This document shows positions 26,715-37,701 of a DNA stretch of 64,000 nucleotides, in pieces (within the stretch, counting starts at the first letter, position 1; each line of letters begins with the position of its first letter). A program made the translations under genes and the position numbers. The notes below the pieces were generated by a model. The model saw nothing but the letters and a program-made list of their open reading frames with translations. It searched no databases and was not told the DNA's origin. The stretch spans positions 34,970,001 through 35,034,000 of the forward strand of contig CM059432.1 in NCBI GenBank assembly GCA_030390025.1, in the 5' to 3' direction. The DNA comes from Squalus acanthias. Taxonomy: Eukaryota.

Positions 26715-27297
26715 CACAATGCTGCTTGAACTGTATGAAACACTAGTTAGGCCGCAGCTAGAATACTGCGGGCAGTTCTGGTCACCACATTACAGGAAGG
26801 ATGTGATTGCACTAGAGAACGTGCAGAGGAGATTTACGAGGATGTTGCCTGGGCTGGGGAATTTTAGCTATGAGGAAAGATTGGATAAGCTGGGGTTGTT
26901 TTCTTTGGAACTGAGGAGGCTGAGGGAGACCTAATCGAGGTGTATAAAATTATGAGGGGCCTAGATAGAGTGGATAGGAAGGACCTATTTCCCTTAGCAG
27001 AGGGGTCGATAACCAGGGGGCATAGATTTAAAGTAATTGGTCGGAGGTTTGGAGGGGATTTGAGGAGAAATTTCTTCACCCAGAGGGTGGTGGGAGTCTG
27101 GAACTCACTGCCTGAAAGGGTGGTAGAGGCAGAGACCCTCATCACATTTAAAAAGTACTTGGATATGCACTTGAAGTGCCGTAACCTACAAGGCCACGGA
27201 TCAAGTGCTGGAAAGTGGGATTAGGGTGGATAGCTCTTTGTCGGCCGGCATGGACAAGATGGGTCAAATGGCCTCCTTCTGCGCTGTAAATTTCTAT
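26715..27297 (+). mobile_element. CR1 3' fragment (similar short fragments at 13330-13750 -, 28310-28695 +, 48240-48965 +, 57655-58200 -)
   Basis: RPQLEYCGQFWSPHYRKD..RVVGVWNSLPE plus 3' UTR. Confidence 0.82.
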
Positions 27298-28162
27298 GGC
27301 CGCGATTTTGTAAATAGATGCAAGTTGGGAGCGGGTCAGGTGGTTTCCGGCTTCCAGTCCCACCCTCAACTACATCCGGCCCACGGACGTGATTTTACGC
27401 CGATTAACCTTGTTAAGCCCGCCCTGTGGGCTTGCCAGCAAATTAAGAGGAAGCCGGTCAGATGACATCATTTGATGACGTGTCATCTGCCGGTTTTCTT
27501 AAAGGGACCACGCACAATTTTTCTTTGACAGCTCATTTCTCAGCATTGAGATGCTGCAAACACTGACAATCACTGTACAAAGGTGAGCTCTTGCACCCAG
27601 GCTCTGCAGTGACTCCCTCCATAGGCTAGAACAGATGGCAGCTGCAGGTGAGGTTGCAGAAGCAATCTGTCACTGGTGAGAGAGGTTCTCCCAATGAGGT
27701 GGGACTAGACATCGATTTCAAAACTTTTTACCTACAGAAAAGTGTAAAAGCATTAAAAATTATTTTCCCAATATTTCCTTACCTCTGAAACTCACCAGTG
27801 CACCATTGGATCCTTCACCCCACTTGCAGCGGTCATCAATGCAGTAACATTACAGCAGACTCACAGCACGTCACACTTACCTGGCGTGGTGTCCAGACTG
27901 TCGGGTACCATGTGGCAGAAGCGGCAAAATTGAAAAAGAGCCTGTTAACTATTATCAAGTACCTGTTAACAGGAAGGTAAGTGGCTTTAATCCTCTTCCC
28001 GCCGCTAGGTGTTGGGTCCCTGCACAAATCAGGGACCCGACACTTGGGAAAATTGTTTGGAGGCGGGTTGACGGTGGGATCGAAACCCGCCGTCAATCAA
28101 AACGATTTTGACCCTTGACCCGCCTCCAAACCTGCCCTCTCAGTGCCGATAAAATCGCGGCC
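27298..28162. mobile_element. Harbinger non-autonomous element (family B) in a CR1 3' tail
   Basis: Perfect 12-bp TIR ggccgcgatttt/aaaatcgcggcc. It interrupts the tttctat|gattctatg tail and is homologous to 47383-48236. Confidence 0.8.
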
Positions 28163-29839
28163 AGTGATTCTATGATTGTTATTCTTGGTAGCAGTTTGAT
28201 ACAACTGAGTGGCTTGCTAGGACACTTCAGTGGGCAGTTAAGAGTCAACCACTTTGGTATGGAATCAGAGTCACGTATAGGCCAGACCATGTAAGGATCG
28301 CAGGTTTCCTTCTCATTGAAACATACAAGATTCTGAGGGGATTGACAGGGTAGATGCTGAGAGATTGTTTCCCCTGGCTAGAGTGTCTAGAACTAGGGGG
28401 CATAGCCTCAGGATAAGGGGTCGGCCATTTAAGACCGAGATGAGAAGGAATTTCTTCACTCAGAGGGTTGTGAATCTTTGGAATTCTCTGTCCCAGAGGG
28501 CTGTGGTTGCTGAGTCGTTGAGTATATTCAAGACTGAGATCGATAGATTTTTGGACTCTAGGGGAATCAAGGGATATGGAGATCGGGTGGGAAAGTGGAG
28601 TTGAGGTCAACGATCAACCATGATCTTATTGAATGGCAGAGCAGGCTTGAGGGGCCAAATGGCCTACTCCTGCTCCTAATTCTTATGCTCTTATGTTCTT
28701 CCCTAAAGGACAGTAGTGACGCAGTTGGGTTTTCACAATAATCCGACAGCTTCATGGTCACTTTTACTGTTGCCAGCTTTTTATTTCCAGGTTTTTTTTA
28801 AACTGAACTTATTCTCAAACTGCCATGGAGGGATTTGAACTCACATTTTTCCTGGTTTATTAGCCCAGGCCTCTGAATTACTAGTCCAGTAATATAACCA
28901 CTACACTACCATACCATTCATAAGTGGATGATGTTGGGCCAGTGTCCAAGAATCATTTTCAATTTGAAGAAAGAATATCCAGAGGTCTTTCTTCTTGGTA
29001 TTTGTGTTTTTGCTGCTATCCTCCCTCAGGTGATTAAGTGTATTAGGATGACTCTATGTCAGTAATAATTATACGTGGTCCATCACAGGTTGCAGGCTTA
29101 ATGCAGTGGCCTTTTCTTCTGTATCTTTTAAGTCCTTATGGCCTTAGGTTGACAACAATCACCGATTGGTGACCTGGCTTCCTTCCTGACTGCAAGAAGC
29201 CTACTCAACAAAAAATGAAAAACATATACAAACATACGAAAATAACAGACAGGAAAAGACCCACTTGTTCATCTAGCTTGTCCCATTACAATGCAAACAC
29301 TCCATCCCACCCGGAGCCATATAATCTCCTGGGAGAGGCAAAGAAACAGATAAAAACACAGTACAATTAAATTCCTCTCTGACCCCCTTAGGTGATTTAA
29401 ACTAGTCCGGGAGATCACATAGACCCTACTTTATATTACTTACATCTTGTATGAGGTGATCTACCAGAACCTCCTAACATCCAACCTAGTTCTTCCCTTA
29501 AATAACGTGTAAATGTGACCCTGATCCTCCCTAACCTATCCAGTTGAAATAATTGTGCAATATAAACGCAATCTAGTCCCTTTATTATCTTATAATCCTC
29601 AATCAAATCGACCCTGAGTCTACTCCTTTATAAAGTATAGAGACCCAGCTCTTTACACCTATCTGGCTGACTAAGATATTTTAAAGTGGGAATTAATCTT
29701 GCGGCCTTCCTCTGCACCCTTTCCAAAGCCTCAATATCCCCTCACTATGTGAAAAGACCAAAACTGAACACAATATTCTAGCTGAGGCTGATCCAAGGCC
29801 TTGTACAAGGTCAATATGGTATGTTCTGTTTTGTAGTGA

Positions 29840-32800
29840 ATTATAGAATCATAGAAATTTACAGCACAGAAGGAGCCCATTCGGCCCATTGTGTCTGTGC
29901 CAGCCGAAAAAGAGCTATCCAGCCTAATCCCACTTTCCAGCTCTTCGTCCATAGCCTTGTAGGTTACGGCACTTCAAGTGCATATCCAAATACTTTTTAA
30001 ATGTGATGAGAGTTTCTGCCTCTAACACCCTTTCAGGCAGTGAGTTCCAGACCGCCACCACCCTCTGGGTGAAAAATGTTCTCCTCAACTCCCCTCTAAT
30101 CCTTCTACCAATTACTTGAAATCTATGCCCCCTGGTTATTGACCTCTCTGCTAAGGGAAATAGGTCCTTCCTATCCACTCTATCTAGGCCCCTCATAATT
30201 TTATACACCTCAATTATGTCTCCCCTCAGCCTCTTCTGTTCCAAAGAAAACAACCTCAGCCTATTCAATCAATCTTCATAGCTAAAATTCTCCAGTCCTG
30301 GCAACATCATCATAAATCTCCTCTGTACCCTCTCTAGCGCAATCACATCTTTCCTGTAATATGGTGACCAGAACTGTACGCAGTACTCTAGCTGTGGCCT
30401 AACTAGTGTTTTATACAGTTCAAGCATAACCTCCCTGCTCTTATATTCTAAGCCTCGGCTAATAAAGGAAAGTATCCCATATGCCTTCTTAACCACCTTA
30501 TCTAGCTGTCCTGCTACCTTCAGGGATCTGTGGACATGCACTCCAAGGTCCCTCTGTTCCTCTACGCTTCTCAGTATCCTACCATTTACTGTGTATTCCC
30601 TTGCCTTGTTAGCCCTCCCCAAATGCATTACCTCACACTTCTCGTATTGAATTTCATTTGCCACTTTCCTGTCCACCTGACCAGTCCATTGATATCTTCC
30701 TGCAGTCTACAGCTTTCTTCCTCACTGAGAATTATCCTGAGAATACAACTGAGTATCCTGTTTGCTTTAGCTATAGCTTCAGGGCATTGGTCATCAACAC
30801 TTAGAGAGTGTTGCACAAAAACACACAGATCTCTTTCTTTCACCACTGGCATCAATTCTGTTCCTTGTAGGGTGTATGTATATTTAGCATTAGGCCTGCC
30901 CACATACATAACACTACAAATATCTAAGGTAACCATAATTTCCCAAACACAGGCCCAATTCCCCCAACACATCGAGATCACATCTGCTTTTAGTAGTTGA
31001 ACATCCTCTACAGTCCTAACACTCGTACATATCTTGGTATCATCCTTGCGGATCATTCCCCCAACACCTACATCTAAGTCAATAATGAAAATAGTGAAAA
31101 GCAAAGGTCCAAACACCAATCCCTGCCCGACACCACTGGTAACTTGTCTCCAAGCAGATCCAAATTCAAGAGTACAACATTCTGCCTACGGGCATCGGCC
31201 AATTCTCAATCCATCCCATTGCCCTGCAAAATTTTCCCCTTCAAGTATTTATCCTATTCACATTGGAAAGTTATTATTGAATCTGCTTCCACCACCCTTT
31301 CAGGCATTGCATTCCAGATCTTAACAACTCGCTGCGTAAAAATAATTCTCCTCATCTCGCCTCTGGTTCTTTTGCCAATTACCTTAAATCCATGTCCTCT
31401 GGTTACCGACCCTTATGGCACTGAAAATAGTTTTTCCTTATTTACTCTATCAAAACCCTGCATGATTTTGAACACCTCTATTCAATCTCCCCTTAACAAT
31501 CTCTGCTGTAGGGAGTTTATATTGCCTCTCCTCATTCTTCCTACCAAAATACATCACTTCTCACTTCTCTGCGTTAAATTACATCAGCCACGTGTCTGCC
31601 CATTTCACCAGTCTGTCTATGTCCTCCTGGAGTCTGTACTATCCTCCTCACTGTTTACTACATTTCCGAGTTTTGTGTCATCTGCAAACTTTGAAATTAT
31701 GCCCTGTATACCCAAGTCCAGGCCATTAATATACATCAAAAAGAGCAGTGGTCCCTAATACCGACCCCTCTGGCACACCACTGTATACTTAACTGCTTTC
31801 TGTCTCTTAGTCAATTTCATATCCACGCCGCAACTGCCCCTTTAATCCCATGGGCTTCAATTTTGCCAACAAGTCTATTATATGGTACTTTATCAAATGC
31901 TTTTTGAAAATCCATATACACATAATCAGCTGCACTACCTTCATCAACCCTCTCCATTAATTCATCAAAGAATTCACTCAAGTTAATCAAACACAAATTT
32001 GTCTTTAACAAATCTGTGCTGGCTGTCATTTATAAACCCATATTTTTCCAAGTGACAATTAATTTTGTCTCGGATTATTGTCTCTAAAAGTTTCCCCACC
32101 ACCAACATTAGGTTGACTGGCCTGTAGTTCTCGGGTTTGTTCCTCTTCCTATGGCACCTGTCCCATATCCAAAGAGGATTGGAAGATTGTGGCCAGAGCC
32201 TCCACAATTTCCACCCTCAGCAACCATAGATGCATCCCATCTGGACGGGGTGACTTTACTACTTTGATCGCTGCCGACCTTTTAAGTACCTCCTTTTTAT
32301 CTATTTTTATCCTATCAAATTTGTCTACTACCTCCTCCTTTATTGTGATATTGGCAACGACAACAACTACAACATTTATAAAGTGCCTTCAATGTAGGAA
32401 ACCGCCCCAAGGCACTTCACAGGAGCATTATCAAACAAAATTTAACACTGAGCCACATAAAGAGATGTTAGGGCAGAATTACCAAGAGCTTGGTCAAGAG
32501 GTAGGTTTTACGGACCGTCTTAAAAGAGGAAAGAGAGGTAGAGAGTCGGAGAGATTTAGGGAGGGAATTCCAGAGCTTAGGTCCTTGGCAGCTGAAGACA
32601 CACCTGCCAATGGTGGAGCGATTAAAATCGGGGATGTGCAAGATTCCAGGCCAGAATTGGAGGAGCGCAGAGATCTCGGAGGGTTGCGAGGCCAGAGATA
32701 GGGAGGGGCGAAGCCTTGGAGGGCTTTGAAAATAAGGATGAGAATTTAAAATCGAGGCGTTGCTCAACCGGGAACCAATGTAGGCCAGCGAGCACAGGGC

Positions 32801-33200
32801 GTGATAGGTGAACAGGACTTGGTGTGAGTTAGGACATGGACAGCAGAGTTTTGGATGAGGTGGAAGATGGGAGTCCCACCAGGAGTGCATTGCATCCTCT
32901 TTAGTGAAGATAGATGCAAAGTATTCATTTAGTACCTCAGCCATGCCCTCTGTCTCCATAAGAAGATCTCCTTTTTGGTCCCCAATTGACACCACCCTTC
33001 CTTTGACTAACCTTTTACAATTTACATATTTATAAAAGCCTTTTGAGTTCCTTTTGTGTTATCCGCTAATCCATTCTGATACACTCCTCTTATTTCTTTT
33101 TCAGTTCTGCTCTGTACTTTCTGTGTTCAGCTTGGGTCTCTACTGGATTATTAGCCTGACATTTATCATAAGCCTCTTTTTCTGTTTCAATCTTGTAGAG
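29840..33200 (-). mobile_element. Cluster of several CR1 3' and RT fragments
   Basis: Multiple RPQLEYCVQFWSP, DFQKAFDKVP and RVVxxWNSLP translations, with catagaat tails. Confidence 0.8.
32357..32890 (-). mobile_element. L2 LINE 3' fragment inserted in a CR1 remnant
   Basis: Reverse complement of the 9440-9926 family, with a (caa)n tail. Confidence 0.75.
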
Positions 33201-33862
33201 AAGTCTCTTGTGAGGTGCCTTATAAAAAACTTTCTGCAAGTCCAGACAATGTCTACCGGGTTAACCTTATCCACTAATCTGGTGGCTTCTTCAAAAATTC
33301 AATCAAATTCATCAGCCATGATCTTCTTTTCCGGGCCCACGAGCAGTGCTGGAAAGATACATTCCACTTCCACACAGCAGTCCTCGCCTCCCTTTAGCTG
33401 CCGGATTTCCCGAGGCACGGAAAACTTGGCTGGCCAGGGATAAACCTGAAGAGAGATAAAATCTGAGGCACGCAGCCTCATTAAAATATTTAAATGAGAA
33501 AGCCACCTCCTAGAGCGGGTTGACTGCCTTCCCCCATCCCACCTCCGTTAAAACTGGAAGTGGGCAGATTCGAGGCGGGTTGAGTTTGGATTTGAGATTT
33601 TTAAAAATTTTACATCACACCCGACCCAAACCCACCTGTTTTTGGGGGTTAAAATTTCCCTCGTTAACTCTGTTTCTCTCTGCACAGATGCTGCCTGACT
33701 TAAAATCATAGAATGACACAGCACTATGTGGCCCATTGTGCCTGTGCTGGCTCTTTGAAAGAGCTACCTGCTGAGTATTTTCCAGCATTTTCTGTTTTTA
33801 TTATAGAACCTCGTACTGGCCTACTATCCCACCAGTCAGCCCAAAATACTTACCCGCTGAAG

Positions 33863-36338
33863 GCGGGAGATTCTGTGAGTAAACAGAGCGGGAGATTCTG
33901 TGAGTAAACAGAGCGGGAGATTCTGTGAGTAAACAGAGCGGGAGATTCTGTCAGAAAACAGAGCGGGAGATTCTGTGAGTAAACAGAGCGGGAGATTCTG
34001 TGAGTAAACAGAGCGGGAGATTCTGTGAGTAAACAGAGCGGGAGATTCTGTGAGTAAACAGGGTGGGAGATTCTGTGAGTAAACAGAGCGGGAGATTCTG
34101 AGTAAACAGAGCGGGAGATTCTGTGAGTAAACAGAGCGGGAGATTCTGTGAGTAAACAGAGCGGGAGATTCTGTGAGTAAACAGAGCGGGAGATTCTGTG
34201 AGTAAACAGAGCGGGAGATTCTGTGAGTAAACAGAGCGGGAGATTCTGTGAGTAAACAGAGCGGGAGATTCTGAGAGTAAACAGGGCGGGAGATTCTGTG
34301 AGTAAACAGGGTGGGAGATTCTGTGCGTAAACAGTGCGGGAGATTCTGTGAGTAAACAGAGCGGGAGATTCTGTGTAAACAGAGCGGGAGATTCTGTGAG
34401 TAAACAGAGCGGGAGATTCTGTGAGTATAAAGAGCGGAAGATTCTGTGAGTAAACAGAGCGGAAGATTCTGTGAGTAAACAGGGCGGGAGATTCTGTGAG
34501 TAAACAGAGCGGGAGATTCTGTGAGTAAACAGAGCGGGAGATTCTGTGAGTATAAAGAGCGGAAGATTCTGTGAGTAAACAGGGCGGGAGATTCTGTGAG
34601 TAAACAGAGCGGGAGATTCTGTGAGTATAAAGAGCGGGAGATTCTGTGAGTAAACAGGGTGGGAGATTCTGTGCGTAAACAGTGCGGGAGATTCTGTGAG
34701 TAAACAGAGCGGGAGATTCTGTGTAAACAGAGCGGGAGATTCTGTGAGTAAACAGAGCGGGAGATTCTGTGAGTATAAAGAGCGGAAGATTCTGTGAGTA
34801 AACAGGGCGGGAGATTCTGTGAGTAAACAGAGCGGGAGATTCTGTGAGTAAACAGGGCGGGAGATTCTGTGAGTAAACAGAGCGGGAGATTCTGTGAGTA
34901 AACAGAGCGGGAGATTCTGTGAGTAAACAGGGCGGGAGATTCTGTGAGTAAACAGAGCGGGAGATTCTGTGTAAACAGAGCGGGAGATTCTGTGAGTAAA
35001 CAGAGCGGGAGATTCTGTGAGTAAACAGAGCGGGAGATTCTGTGTAAACAGAGCGGGAGATTCTGTGAGTAAACAGAGCGGGAGATTCTGTGAGTATAAA
35101 GAGCGGAAGATTCTGTGAGTATAAAGAGCGGGAGATTCTGTGTAAACAGAGCGGGAGATTCTGTGAGTATAAAGAGCGGGAGATTCTGTGAGTAAACAGA
35201 GCGGGAGATTCTGTGAGTAAACAGAGCGGGAGATTCTGTGTAAACAGAGCGGGAGATTCTGTGAGTAAACAGAGCGGGAGATTCTGTGAGTAAACAGAGC
35301 GGGAGATTTTGTGAGTAAACAGAGCGGGAGATTCTGTGAGTAAACAAGGCGGGAGATTCTGTGAGTAAACAGAGCGGGAGATTCTGTGAGTAAACAGAGT
35401 GGGAGATTCTGTGAGTAAACAGAGTGGGAGATTCTGTGAGTAAACAGGGCGGGAGATTCTGTGTAAACAGAGCGGGAGATTCTGAGAGTATAAAGAGCGG
35501 GAGATTCTGTGAGTAAACAGAGTGGGAGATTCTGTGAGTAAACAGAGTGGGAGATTCTGTGAGTAAACAGGGCGGGAGATTCTGTGAGTATAAAGAGCGG
35601 GAGATTCTGTGTAAACAGGGCGGGAGATTCTGTGAGTAAACAGAGCGGGAGATTCTGTGAGTAAACAGAGCGGGAGATTCTGTGAATATAAAGAGCGGGA
35701 GATTCTGTGAGTATAAAGAGCGGGAGATTCTGTGAGTATAAAGAGCGGGAGATTCTGTGAGTATAAAGAGCGGGAGATTCTGTGTAAACAGGGCGGGAGA
35801 TTCTGTGAGTAAACAGAGCGGGAGATTCTGTGAGTTAACAGAGCGGGAGATTCTGTGAGTATAAAGAGCGGGAGATTCTGTGTAAACAGGGCAGGAGATT
35901 CTGTGAGTAAACAGAGCGGGAGATTCTGTGTAAACAGAGCGGGAGATTCTGTGAGTAAACAGAGCGGGAGATTCTGTGAGTAAACAGGGCGGGAGATTCT
36001 GTGAGTAAACAGAGCGGGAGATTCTTTGTAAACAGAGCGGGAGATTCTGTGAGTAAACAGAGCGGGAGATTCTGTGAGTAAACAAAGCGGGAGATTCTGT
36101 GTAAACAGAGCGGGAGATTCTGTGAGTAAACAGAGCGGGAGATTCTGTGAGTATAAAGAGCGGGAGATTCTGTGAGTAAACAGGGCGGGAGATTCTGTGA
36201 GTAAACAGAGCGAGCGATTCTGTGAGTATAAAGAGCGGGCGTTTCTGTGAGTAAACAGGGTGGGAGATTCTGTGAGTAAACAGAGCGGGAGATTCTGTGT
36301 GTATAAAGAGCGGGAGATTCTGTGAGTAAACAGAGCGG
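33863..36338 (+). repeat. Minisatellite array, ~100 copies of 25-bp unit GAGCGGGAGATTCTGTGAGTAAACA with 23-bp and TATAAA variants
   Basis: Directly visible tandem repeat. Variant units include GAGCGGGAGATTCTGTGTAAACA (23 bp) and ...GTGAGTATAAA. It runs directly into the CR1 5' UTR. Confidence 0.97.
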
Positions 36339-36635
36339 CGGCAGCAGCGGGAGCGGCGGACCTGTGAGGGAGCAGCAGCTGTGAGAGAAAATAAAGGTCG
36401 GTGATTTTCAGGCCCAGTCGAGCAGCGGGAGCGGCGGCAGAATTCGAGAGTGACGTCACAGTACAGAAAGTGACGCTGGCGCAGGGGAAGAAGCTGATTG
36501 GTGAGTAGTGGGTGAGTGCTTTTTTTTTCTTCAAATTTAAGTTTATTTCTTTTAAGGTAGTTCATAGTTAAGGTAGTTCGGCAGAGCGAGAATCCGAGAG
36601 TTTAAATTTGAGGTAAGAGTTTTAGAATTAAAAGT

Positions 36636-37565
36636 ATGACAGGGGACCTCAGGCCTGCAGCATGTGGAATTCCTAGACGCTTCTTGCAGTCAGGATGACC
36701 ACATGTGCAGTAAGTGCCAACGGTTTGGCCAACTTGAGATCCAGTTTTCGGAGCTCGAGCGTCAGCTGGAGGCACTGCGGTGTATCCACGAGGCTGAGGG
36801 TTATGTGGATAGCACGTTTTTAGATGTGGTCACCCCGCAGCTTAAGAAAGTGCAGTCAGAGAGGGAATGGGAGACCACCAGTCAGAAGAAGGGGGGCAGG
36901 CAGGTAGTTAGGAAAGCCCCAGAGTGCATCTCACTCAACAACCGTCTTTCTGTGTTGGAAAACGGTGAAAGTGACGGTTCCTCTGGGGAGTGCAGCCAGA
37001 GCCAAGTTCACGGCACTGTGGGTGGCTCAGCTGCACAAGGGGGGAGGAGTAAGAGTGGAAGGGCAATAGTGGTAGGAGACTCAATAGTGAGGGGTGCAGA
37101 CAGGCGTTTCTGCGGCTGCAGACATGACTCCAGGATGGTATGTTGCCTCCCTGGTGCCAGGGTCAATGATGTCACTGAACGGCTGCAGGGCATTCTGAAG
37201 GGGGAGGGCGAACAGTCAGAGGTCGTGGTTCACATTGGTACCAACGACATAGGTAGAAAGAGGGATGAGGTCCAGCAACAAGAATTTAGGGAGCTGGTAG
37301 CAGATTAAAAAGCAGGACCTCAAAGGTTGTCATCTCTGGATTACTCCCGGTGCCACACGCTAGTGAGTATAGAAATAGGAGGATAGAGCAGATGAATGTG
37401 TGGCTAAAGAGTTGGTGCAGGAGGGAGGGCTTTAGTTTCCTGGATCACTGGGTCTGTTTCTGGGGAAGGTGGGACCTGTACAAGTCGGACGGGTTGCACC
37501 TGAAACGGAACGGGACCAACATCCTTCTGGGGAGGTTTGCTAGTGCTGTTGGGGGGGTGGTTTAA
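36636..37565 (+). pseudogene. CR1 ORF1 (Cys-rich zinc finger, leucine zipper/coiled coil, SGNH esterase domain), frameshifted
   Basis: CSKC..LEIQFSELERQLEAL. SGNH blocks IVVGDSIVR, LPGA, VHIGTNDIG and DGLHL. Frameshift near 37295. Confidence 0.88.
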
Positions 37566-37701
37566 ACTAACTTGGCAGGGGGATGGGATACTGAGTGGAG
37601 CTATAGTAGGGGGTGATGCACAGCCAAATATAGAGGAAAAAACAAGTCAGTCTGGAAGGCAGAGCAAATATGTAAGAGCACGAGGGAGTATGGCAAGGCT
37701 G

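Noticed and set aside
33863..36338. CRISPR-like array
   Set aside because: Units are contiguous with no unique spacers, there are no cas genes, and the context is vertebrate.
33836..36565. 909-aa and 894-aa minus-strand ORFs
   Set aside because: Artefact of the 25-bp repeat, whose reverse strand lacks stop codons in all frames. The translation merely cycles through three repeat peptides and has no domain.
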